From NCBI GenBank assembly GCA_026986575.1, contig JALSOH010000006.1, forward strand, positions 64,001-128,000: DNA of 64,000 nucleotides. Reading direction: 5' to 3'. This DNA comes from Thermoproteota archaeon (GTDB lineage: Archaea > Korarchaeota > Korarchaeia > Korarchaeales > Korarchaeaceae). The notes beneath the pieces are model-generated. The model searched no databases and was not told the origin of the DNA. It saw only the letters and a program-made list of their open reading frames with translations. Below, one piece after another: positions 1 through 8,152 of this stretch (positions within the stretch are counted from its first letter, which is position 1; the number at the start of each line of letters is the position of its first letter). The position numbers and the translations under genes were made by a program.

Positions 1-489
1 ACCTTCCTATTCCAAGGTATGGGTGTGGACCCCGATGGCCAAGTGGTAGCCTATGAATGGGACTTCGGCGACGGTAAGAAGTTCAGGGGAGAGCTGGAGG
101 GAAACTCCATTCCCCATAAGTTCATCAATCACACTTACACCTCTAGCGGCAACTACACCGTGAAGTTCAGGGTCAAGGACAATAAGGGCGCTTGGTCTCC
201 TTGGATCTCCAAGAGGATCACGGCATTCATCCCAGAGAAAGTCAGCTCGGCCTCATGGGCTGGCTCCGAATTCGGTAACTTAGAGATAGCCGCCGGTGTG
301 GGTACCCTAATAGTGGTAGGGGCCGGTTACCTAGCCTATAGGGAGTCCAAGAGCAACGCCTTCGTAGAGAGGTCTAGGGAGAGGGCTAGGAGATCCCGTA
401 AGGTGGCAGTGAAAAAATCCACTAGAAGGAGACCAAGAAACGGATCTAATACTGCGAGAAGGAGAAGGAAACCTTGGCCAACCTCCTAA
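1..489 (+). CDS. PKD-domain surface protein, C-terminal part (5' truncated), with TM anchor and basic tail
   Basis: DPDG..YEWDFGDG..HTY..GNYTVKFRVKDNKG PKD signature; hydrophobic segment IAAGVGTLIVVGAGYLAY followed by an Arg/Lys-rich tail. Confidence 0.75.
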   Translation, partial: TFLFQGMGVDPDGQVVAYEWDFGDGKKFRGELEGNSIPHKFINHTYTSSGNYTVKFRVKDNKGAWSPWISKRITAFIPEKVSSASWAGSEFGNLEIAAGVGTLIVVGAGYLAYRESKSNAFVERSRERARRSRKVAVKKSTRRRPRNGSNTARRRRKPWPTS

Positions 490-494
490 TACCT

Positions 495-1094
495 TTATCG
501 GTCTCTTCTTCCTCCCTTTGATCTCCTTCTCCTGTACTCCTTCACCAAAGATACCGCTTCTCTGAATTTTGGATGCCCCGAGCTGCCTAGAAGCTCGTAC
601 GCAACGGACTCCGAGGTCGTTACGTAAATGCCCTCTTGAAGCAGTCTTGCCAGTGTCGCCTCCTTATCCTCGGGAAATGTCGACCCAGTGGCATCACTGA
701 CCAAGTGTACCTCCAGACCGTGGGCGACAGCGCTAAGTGCGGTCTGGAGTATGCATATATGGGTTTCTATTCCGGTCAACAGGACCTTTTTCCTTCCAAG
801 GCCGAGCAGCCTCTCTTTAATCCTCCTATCCTTGAACGCATCAAATGAAGCCTTCTCCATTTTCACATCCAGCAGTTCATCTACTTCTCGGACGGTCCTG
901 CCCAGTTTCTCGGGGGCCTGCTCAGTCCCCACCACAGGCATGCTTAGGAGCTTAGACGTCTTGGCTAGCAAGGTTATGGAGCTTACTATAGAATCAAACT
1001 CCTTGATTACCTTGGAGAAAGGCTCTTGCATGTCTATAACAAGCAGAAAGGTGTTCTTAGGGTCTAACCTCCCGGGTAAATGGCCTCCAGACAT
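495..1094 (-). CDS. Isochorismatase-family cysteine hydrolase
   Basis: LLVIDMQE, EKASFDAF, GIETHICILQTA motifs; start placed at ATG 1094 (ORF track starts at 1133). Confidence 0.85.
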   Translation of the reverse strand: MSGGHLPGRLDPKNTFLLVIDMQEPFSKVIKEFDSIVSSITLLAKTSKLLSMPVVGTEQAPEKLGRTVREVDELLDVKMEKASFDAFKDRRIKERLLGLGRKKVLLTGIETHICILQTALSAVAHGLEVHLVSDATGSTFPEDKEATLARLLQEGIYVTTSESVAYELLGSSGHPKFREAVSLVKEYRRRRSKGGRRDR

Positions 1095-1657
1095 AAGAAG
1101 TTCGGGACTCCCTCTTCTATTAAGGTGTGGCATTCGCCCATTGGGAGAAAGCCGCCCCCTCTGAGGAGGGAGAGTAGTTCTTCTCTGCTGAGAAACCTAG
1201 CGTAAGAGTAAATGGATCCAGATCTTCCCTTCTCGGAGTATAATCTCCCCAGAGGAGAGTCCGAGGGGATCACACATACGTAGAGGCGACCCCTCCTCCT
1301 AAGGATCCTAGCAATCTCTTTGATGGCCGCATCTCTATCCTCGAGGAAGCATAGAGTGACCACTAGAATGACGCATGAGAACGATGAGTCTCTGAAAGGG
1401 AGTGACTCCGCCTTACCTTGAACGACCTCCAAGCCCCTCCTCTTTGCCAGCAACAGGGGAGAGTAGGCAGCGTCCAGCCCTACATCCACTTGGAGGGGTC
1501 CCGCGAACCTCCCAGTCCCGACACCTATCTCCAAGCACGGACCGTCCTTCCTAACCAAGCTCTCTAAACAGGAGAGTTCAGCCAAGTAGATATCCTTATT
1601 CTCCTCGTACCACTTGTCGTATCGCTCAGCTATCCTTTCGAAAGCCTTCCAGCTCAT
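1064..1657 (-). CDS. Class I SAM-dependent methyltransferase
   Basis: LEIGVGTGRF motif I, GLDAA, AESLPFRDSSF. Confidence 0.9.
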   Translation of the reverse strand: MSWKAFERIAERYDKWYEENKDIYLAELSCLESLVRKDGPCLEIGVGTGRFAGPLQVDVGLDAAYSPLLLAKRRGLEVVQGKAESLPFRDSSFSCVILVVTLCFLEDRDAAIKEIARILRRRGRLYVCVIPSDSPLGRLYSEKGRSGSIYSYARFLSREELLSLLRGGGFLPMGECHTLIEEGVPNFLCLEAIYPGG

Positions 1658-1919
1658 GGGGCACCAGACACCTCAGTATGGCTCTGACCTCCCTCCTCCC
1701 TGATAGCCTATATATCCTGACCCTACCCAGCCTCACCTCCTCCAGTATTCCCGCCGACTTCAAGGCTTCTAAGTTCCTCTCGGCTGAACTATACGATATA
1801 TTGAGAGTTCTAGCTATCCTGCTTATGTTCATTCCTCCTCCCGATGAGGACAGGAGCCTGAGGATCCCCACTCTGATCCTATTCGAGAAGGCCTCAATCA
1901 AGAGATCGTCCCAGTTCAA
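1626..1919 (-). CDS. ArsR-like winged-helix transcriptional regulator
   Basis: FSNRIRVGILRLL..MNISRIARTLNISYSSAERNLEALKSAGIL..GRVRIYRL. Confidence 0.8.
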   Translation of the reverse strand: MNWDDLLIEAFSNRIRVGILRLLSSSGGGMNISRIARTLNISYSSAERNLEALKSAGILEEVRLGRVRIYRLSGRREVRAILRCLVPHELEGFRKDS

Positions 1920-1928
1920 GCGATCACC

Positions 1929-2990
1929 TTATGGGATTATCTCCGTGGTGTTATCGTAGGGAGGATAATATATCTCATCCCGCTTCACCACACCTTCCTC
2001 CATGAGCGACCTTATTTCGCTCACTCTCGACAAGACCTCATCTATAGTCGCTTTGGTAACTGAACACACCTCTCTGAAACCCTCCTCACCCCAATATCTC
2101 TCCATGTAGGTATAGAGGCACCTCCCTCCACAGTACTTGAAGTAGCTGCAGCTCGTACAGGGCTCTCCTATGACGACCTTCCTTAGAACACCGCTCCTCA
2201 CATCTCCTACAACTGCCCACTCGGAGTCAACAGCTATAGGACATGCCACTACCCTCCCATCTGGGAGTAGAGTGAAGGTCTCATAGCCCGCACCACAGGG
2301 AGGGCTTCTCCACTCACCGAAGAGGGCCACTTTGGCTATCCCCAGAAACGGGACTATTCCGAGAATCTCTCCCTGCCTCATCCTCTCAACCCACAGAGAG
2401 ACCAACCTCCTTATTCCAGGAAGATATGAGCTATCAGCCCATTTTCTGAAGTCCCACGGCTCGGTCCATATCACATTCAATTGCCAGTGAACATGGTCGA
2501 ACAAACCCAGCTCGAGCAAATGAGTTACCTCCTCGAATATGTCACTGCGATCCCAGACAGCCATCCTGGCTATTAGGTCACCGCCGTACCCGAGCTCCCT
2601 CAGGCGCCTGGCCGTTTTCAACACGATATCGTAGTTCCCCTTAACCCTGTAGTGGTCGTTGACCTCTCTCCTGCCATCTATGGAGAGGAGTATGGCGTCG
2701 AACCTCAACCAATAATCCTCCGGTAGGTTATCGAAGAGTGTACCATTGGTTTGAATTATGTAACGCCTCCTAGGTCCCAAGGCATCCATGACATTCTCGA
2801 TCAGTTCGGGATTGATCAGTGGCTCTCCGCCGTAAAAAGCTACATCCGCGTCTAAGCTCCTGACTAGGGCCACCAGATCCTCCAGCTCGTACTGCTCCTT
2901 CGGGGGAACCAAATGGGGAGGGAAGCTGCCCCCGCAGTAGGAGCACTTCAGATTACAGAGTCCAGTTGTGGTCACTATTAGGAGTGTCAT
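1929..2990 (-). CDS. Radical SAM/SPASM protein (TIGR04084/AF0577-like)
   Basis: CNLKCSYC, YGGEP, SPASM cysteines CGAG..CP..CTSC..CGGRC, C-terminal TEIIP. Confidence 0.85.
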   Translation of the reverse strand: MTLLIVTTTGLCNLKCSYCGGSFPPHLVPPKEQYELEDLVALVRSLDADVAFYGGEPLINPELIENVMDALGPRRRYIIQTNGTLFDNLPEDYWLRFDAILLSIDGRREVNDHYRVKGNYDIVLKTARRLRELGYGGDLIARMAVWDRSDIFEEVTHLLELGLFDHVHWQLNVIWTEPWDFRKWADSSYLPGIRRLVSLWVERMRQGEILGIVPFLGIAKVALFGEWRSPPCGAGYETFTLLPDGRVVACPIAVDSEWAVVGDVRSGVLRKVVIGEPCTSCSYFKYCGGRCLYTYMERYWGEEGFREVCSVTKATIDEVLSRVSEIRSLMEEGVVKRDEIYYPPYDNTTEIIP

Positions 2991-3220
2991 AATCGAACGC
3001 TCCAAGTCCTCCTCACATAACTATAAGCTTTTCCTGGCTTTTCGGGGGAAATGGGCTGAATGGATGGTGAAATGATGTACAGCTTACTTTCTAAAAATGA
3101 TTTCGTTTAATGTCCAGATGCCCCTGTTATAAATCGAATTTACCCGTCTATCATATTCTTATTTTGTCAAATTTACGAGATGTAACGAAAATCTTAAATA
3201 CAACCTTTGGGTTAATAATC

Positions 3221-3332
3221 ATGGAGGAGGAATGGGGGGTGAGAGGATGATCCCGGGGAGGAGGATCGGGCCTTAGATCCCCTCTCGGGGTGATCCTACC
3301 CTTCCACTCCTCCTCTCTACGGCAGCTTTTTT
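3221..3332 (+). ncRNA. Putative structured small RNA or leader upstream of mat
   Basis: TATA-like CTTAAATA at ~3193-3200; ~90-nt hairpin 3223-3313 with G-U pairs favouring the + strand; T6 tract 3327-3332. Confidence 0.5.
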
Positions 3333-3391
3333 GGTAATGTGGCTGATGGAAGATTTATCAATTTCTTATCCGGCCCTTAGTAGGTGATTTC

Positions 3392-4594
3392 ATGCTCAAG
3401 GTCTCCAAATGTAGCAAGCTCCCCATGGACAGGCAACCCATTGAGATTGTTGAGAGAAAGGGCAAGGGCCATCCAGATACGATCACTGACGGTATAATGG
3501 AGCGGGTAGCTTTGGAGCTAAATAAGGAGTATCTCAGGAAGTTCGGCGGCATTCTCCACTACAACGCGGATAAGTCGCTACTAGCTGCAGGTGTTACCGA
3601 GCCGCAGTTCGGTGGAGGCAAGGTAATCGAACCCATGTTGATCGTCTTCGGTGACAGGGCCACCGTCTCCTACGCGGGAGAGTCTATAGACTTGGAGAAG
3701 GTCGTCGTGAACGCAGCCAAGAGCTGGATAAGGGAGAACCTCCGGTTCGTCAATCCCGACGAGCATGTCCGCTACCAGATAGAGCTGAAGCAGGGGAGCG
3801 CTGAGCTGACAGACATATTCAGGAGGGGCTCCAAGATAATGGGCGCCAACGATACATCGGCGGCGGTGGGCTACGCTCCGCTCTCCAGAACTGAGAGGGT
3901 GGTCTTGGAGCTGGAGAAGTATCTGAATTCTCCAGAGTTCAAGAAGGAATTCGAGGAGACCGGTGAGGATATAAAGGTCATGGGGAGCCGGCACAACAAC
4001 CACTTGGACCTGACCATAGCGCTCGCTTTCGTGGACAGGTTCGTCCCCAGCGAGTCTGAGTACTTCAGGAGCAAGCAGGAGGTCTTGGACAGGGTCAATT
4101 CCTTTCTGAAGGAGAGGTTCGCGAACGACTTCGATGGGATCGATGTCCACATTAACACGCTAGATGTGGAGGGCAGGGGAGTACACGGTGTGTATCTGAC
4201 CGTCCTAGGCACTTCTGCCGAGGGAGGCGATTCGGGCCAGGTCGGCAGGGGGAACGGGGTCAACGGGGTCATCCCCCTGATGAGACCTAGGAGTTCGGAG
4301 GCAGCTGCCGGGAAGAACCCCATTAGCCATGTGGGTAAGATATACAATGCGTACACCCACGAAATAGCTAGGAAGATAGTTGAGGAAGTGGAGGAAGTTC
4401 AGGAGGTTTACGTCTGGCTGCTGAGCAGGATAGGAAAGCCGATAAATGAGCCAGCGCTGGCCGCGGCGGAGGTGTACACCGAGGCGAACTTCGAGGACAT
4501 AAAGGGACAGATAGAGGAGATCATTGCGTCGGAACTCGATAACATAGGGGAGTTCGTCAACAGGCTCATAGACGGGATGGTTCCTGTCTACTGA
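3392..4594 (+). CDS. mat: Archaeal S-adenosylmethionine synthetase
   Basis: ERKGKGHPD, HYNADK, ANDTS, GEDIKVM, GDSGQVGRGN, EAAAGKNPISHVGKIYN. Confidence 0.97.
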   Translation: MLKVSKCSKLPMDRQPIEIVERKGKGHPDTITDGIMERVALELNKEYLRKFGGILHYNADKSLLAAGVTEPQFGGGKVIEPMLIVFGDRATVSYAGESIDLEKVVVNAAKSWIRENLRFVNPDEHVRYQIELKQGSAELTDIFRRGSKIMGANDTSAAVGYAPLSRTERVVLELEKYLNSPEFKKEFEETGEDIKVMGSRHNNHLDLTIALAFVDRFVPSESEYFRSKQEVLDRVNSFLKERFANDFDGIDVHINTLDVEGRGVHGVYLTVLGTSAEGGDSGQVGRGNGVNGVIPLMRPRSSEAAAGKNPISHVGKIYNAYTHEIARKIVEEVEEVQEVYVWLLSRIGKPINEPALAAAEVYTEANFEDIKGQIEEIIASELDNIGEFVNRLIDGMVPVY

Positions 4595-7500
4595 CCGCTC
4601 AGCGCCAGGTAGGTGAGGTATAGAGACCTCACTCTATCCTCCACTATTTCTCTGGCCTTCTCCCTCAAGTACTTGGTGTATCTCCTCCAGTCAGCCTCGC
4701 TCCTCTCCTCAATTTTACTCACGGACCTCTTGATCTCAACCAAAGCATCTTTTAAGGAGCGCTTTATCCCCCACATCCTCTTCGCTACCTCTTCCAGAGA
4801 GACGGGCGAGACCCCTAGGAAGTCCTCCACCAATGGTCTCAGCTCAACTACCTTCCCCTCGGATCTCAGTCCCTGAAGCACGTAGACTAGGGTCTTCTGC
4901 CCCAGCATGGTGAGGTCCCTAGTGAGGGATGCGAAGTCCCAGCATACCAGTACGAAACCCTCGTTAACGGCCTTCTCCAACCCAGATAGATCGTAGCTCT
5001 GCCCTTCAAAGAACTCCTTGGCTATCGTCTGGATACCCACGTCCTCACCGTCAAACGCGGCTATCACCCCGAGGGTCACCGCATCGGAGAGGGGCATAAC
5101 CACAGCATCCATCGTCAGGATCTTGTGGGCCCTAGAAGGCTTTGGAACGAAGAACTCCCTTCCCTCTAGGATCACAGGAATTCTTTGCTTCAACAGGAGA
5201 TAGCTAACTGCTCTCTTGGCGAATTTCTTGGCCAGATCCCATCTCAACCCTGAGACCACTAGCTCGTAATGGGCCTGATCGTCTATCAGCATCATCAACA
5301 CTTCAGACAGGTCGTCCGGCCGGAAGTTTTCTACGTCCTTAAGCACAGTTGACCAATCTAACTGCTCGAGAAGACCAGCTGATTCAGGTTCATAGAGAAG
5401 CATGATCTTCTTATCCCCGATATTCGTTACCTCGTAGGCTATCGCATCTATAGGTATCCCCCTCGAGACCCTCATGACCAGTACGAGCGTCGCTAGGCCT
5501 ATCCTCAACCAGGTCAGGTCCTCACCAGGGTCGAGCTCAATCGATAGCCCGTAGGTGTAATCCCTATACACACCTCCGGTGGGTCCTATGACCGGAAGGG
5601 ACCTGCTCTCCCTTATGAACAGGGTCTTACCGTCTAAGGGGACGGGCCTCACCTTGGAGGAGGTCACCCTCCAGTAGACCCTGTTGGGAATCTTCGTCTT
5701 TAGCCCGAACCCATCGGTGGGAGGATCCACCACGCACACTACCTCACTCCCCACCCTTCCCCTGTAGTAATCGTCTATCAAATCCGCTCTCTCTCCCCAC
5801 CCCATCTTGGTCCTCTCGTACTCCTCTATCGCGAAGGCTAGCGGATCAAATGAGTATATCGTGGAGTAGTTGAGGGGTTCCTCTACGATTCCCGTTATGA
5901 CCCTCCCCCTCCTGAGGAAGTCGACCACCACTGAATCGTTGCTGTAGTCTATGGATCCCGGCTGGAATCTCTCGACCAAGTCGCAATGTCCTATGTCCTC
6001 CAGGTATCGTAGACTGCCGTCCTCCCTCAGCGCCCGCTTAAACCCGTAGGGCGGACCGAACTCATAGAAGTTGAGGTTGTCCCAAACCCTCTTCCCACGT
6101 TGAGTGAGACCCGATGGGGAAATGAGCCCTAACTCCTTAAGGAGATCTATCTCCTCCTGATCTAGCTGATCCCGGAGCCTCGGATGGACGAACTTGTAGA
6201 GGCCCTCGAAGAGTATGGAGTACTTGTTCTTCGGGTTAACGAGGGCGACCTCCAAGGGAAGTTGGAGCCATTGCTCCACGGCCTCCACGCCCCTAAGGAG
6301 GAGCTCCTTATCCCATCTGTACATTGGGAAGATCACAGTTTCAGTCCACCCCAGCTCCTCTCTCCTGCCCTTCCTGCCTTCCCTCTGTTTGAATTCGCGA
6401 ACGCTCTCAGGCATACCCAAGTGGACTACCCTCACCACCGTCCCTATGTCCAACCCTTGAGAGAGCGTCCTAGGGCTTATCAGGACCTTGACCCCTCCCC
6501 TCCGGGCTGCCTCTTCTATTTCCTCCCTCTCCTCCTTCGAAACCAGGTGGTGATGCGAGGCGACGTTTTCCAATCCAAATTCCGTTTTAAGCCTCCTTTT
6601 CAGACTTTCCGCAGATCTTATGCCTCTGGTGAAGACCAAAGTGACCCCATCATCCTCGGCGTAATGGTATATCACCTCAGCCGGATCGATCTCGGGCTGG
6701 GGCACTTCAACGCCGACGGATCTCAGGAGTTCGACCACTCGATACACATCCTTCTCAAATCTCTCATAATCAGTAATCGCTTCCCTCAGGTCCTCACCTA
6801 TTGGAAGGCTGAGGAGCTCGTCCCTGTGCCTCTGAACGACCTCCCAGATTCGCTTCATGTTCTTGCCTAGGACGAGGTAGACTTCGTTTCTCACCCTGAA
6901 CGGCTTTCCCCTTATGATCACGGTCTCCCTACCATTTATCGACGTCAAACACTCTGCGAGTTCATCTGGATTCCCTAGCGTCGCGGTGAGGATCACGAAT
7001 TGGGGGGACCTCTCCACCAAGAGGGAAAGTATCCTCATCATGGAGATTATAAGGGCGAGCTCCCTAGGTCCGTAGAAATCGAGCTCATCCACAACCAGCA
7101 GGTCCATACCCCTAATGAAGTCCGATAGATAGGATCCCTTCGTAGCCATCCTCTTCAGATCAGTCATGAGAAAAGCTGGATTCGTGATCAGGAGGTCAAC
7201 ACTCGAGATCTTGGTCCTTAAACCGCTCCTTCCTAGCTCCTTGATTAAAATAGTCCTCCTCCTCGCATCTATCACCTGAGAGCTGATGTCCAGCGCCTTG
7301 GAGTATTCCTCGAGCCTCCTTATCTGGTCGTTGGCTAATGCTAGAGTCGGGTAGATGGCTAACGCCCGCTTGCCCTTAGCGGCGTAAAAGAACCAAGCCT
7401 CGGTCTTGCCGCTACCGGTCCCGGAAATCAGGATGACGTTCTTCCCCTCATCCAGCGCCTTGTGGGCTTCGGCTTGGTGTGAGTAGAGCCTCATGTCAGC

Positions 7501-7653
7501 GATTTCCGAGGGTTTACCCGGATAAGACTTGAGGGAAGGGGCTAGATCCCCGAAAGTGAGGTCAATCCTCTCGGGCTTGACCTCCTCCTCTGAATAAGTC
7601 CTGTAGTTGTAACCTAGGATCTCCAAGAGGGTTGAGGAGGATACGCGGGCCAA
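4588..7653 (-). CDS. SF2 helicase of Hrq1/YprA(MrfA) type with C-terminal degenerate RNase_H_2-like domain
   Basis: LYSHQ Q-motif, GTGSGKT, YPTLALANDQ, DELD, TATLGNP, QREGRKGR; DUF1998-like segment lacking the Cys cluster. Confidence 0.8.
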   Translation of the reverse strand: MARVSSSTLLEILGYNYRTYSEEEVKPERIDLTFGDLAPSLKSYPGKPSEIADMRLYSHQAEAHKALDEGKNVILISGTGSGKTEAWFFYAAKGKRALAIYPTLALANDQIRRLEEYSKALDISSQVIDARRRTILIKELGRSGLRTKISSVDLLITNPAFLMTDLKRMATKGSYLSDFIRGMDLLVVDELDFYGPRELALIISMMRILSLLVERSPQFVILTATLGNPDELAECLTSINGRETVIIRGKPFRVRNEVYLVLGKNMKRIWEVVQRHRDELLSLPIGEDLREAITDYERFEKDVYRVVELLRSVGVEVPQPEIDPAEVIYHYAEDDGVTLVFTRGIRSAESLKRRLKTEFGLENVASHHHLVSKEEREEIEEAARRGGVKVLISPRTLSQGLDIGTVVRVVHLGMPESVREFKQREGRKGRREELGWTETVIFPMYRWDKELLLRGVEAVEQWLQLPLEVALVNPKNKYSILFEGLYKFVHPRLRDQLDQEEIDLLKELGLISPSGLTQRGKRVWDNLNFYEFGPPYGFKRALREDGSLRYLEDIGHCDLVERFQPGSIDYSNDSVVVDFLRRGRVITGIVEEPLNYSTIYSFDPLAFAIEEYERTKMGWGERADLIDDYYRGRVGSEVVCVVDPPTDGFGLKTKIPNRVYWRVTSSKVRPVPLDGKTLFIRESRSLPVIGPTGGVYRDYTYGLSIELDPGEDLTWLRIGLATLVLVMRVSRGIPIDAIAYEVTNIGDKKIMLLYEPESAGLLEQLDWSTVLKDVENFRPDDLSEVLMMLIDDQAHYELVVSGLRWDLAKKFAKRAVSYLLLKQRIPVILEGREFFVPKPSRAHKILTMDAVVMPLSDAVTLGVIAAFDGEDVGIQTIAKEFFEGQSYDLSGLEKAVNEGFVLVCWDFASLTRDLTMLGQKTLVYVLQGLRSEGKVVELRPLVEDFLGVSPVSLEEVAKRMWGIKRSLKDALVEIKRSVSKIEERSEADWRRYTKYLREKAREIVEDRVRSLYLTYLALSGQ

Positions 7654-7658
7654 GGGAT

Positions 7659-8135
7659 CTACCTTTTGGAGATCCTCACCTCTAAGATGCCATTCCTGTA
7701 GGTGGCCTTTGTTCTCTTGGGATCTATCTCGATGGGAAGCTGGAACTTCTTGTGTAGATCACCAGCCCTTATGGTGATCTCCCTTCCCTTCACCCTGACC
7801 GAAATGTCCTCCTTTCTTATGCCTGGGACATCAGCAACTATTATTATCTCCTCATCAAGCTCGATCACATCAACCCTCTGCTCCTCCAGCTCCAAAGGAG
7901 CACCTCCCCCCTCAACACTCTCACCACCGAGATCACCCATATCGGAGGGGTATCCCACATCGAACCCCCCTGAGGGGAGATCCTCGTTCCAGCCAGATAC
8001 ATCGCCGTTGACGAATCTTGAGAGATCTTCATCCATCTTCTTGAGTAGATCTATCATGTCTTTTATGAAGTAATCGAAGGGATCGTCGTAAGGCTTCTTC
8101 TTTTTTTCGTCGCCCAAGGGATTCCCCGCCAACAA
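7659..8135 (-). CDS. Small heat shock protein (Hsp20)
   Basis: VDVIE..IVADVPGIRKEDI..KATYRNGILEV alpha-crystallin domain. Confidence 0.92.
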   Translation of the reverse strand: MLAGNPLGDEKKKKPYDDPFDYFIKDMIDLLKKMDEDLSRFVNGDVSGWNEDLPSGGFDVGYPSDMGDLGGESVEGGGAPLELEEQRVDVIELDEEIIIVADVPGIRKEDISVRVKGREITIRAGDLHKKFQLPIEIDPKRTKATYRNGILEVRISKR

Positions 8136-8152
8136 TGAGCCGGAGGACCTAT

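Noticed and set aside
3072-3118. Second box C/D sRNA candidate (ATGATGT..CTAA..ATGATTT..CAGA)
   Set aside because: Spacing is plausible, but both D boxes are degenerate, there is no terminal stem and I recognised no rRNA/tRNA target
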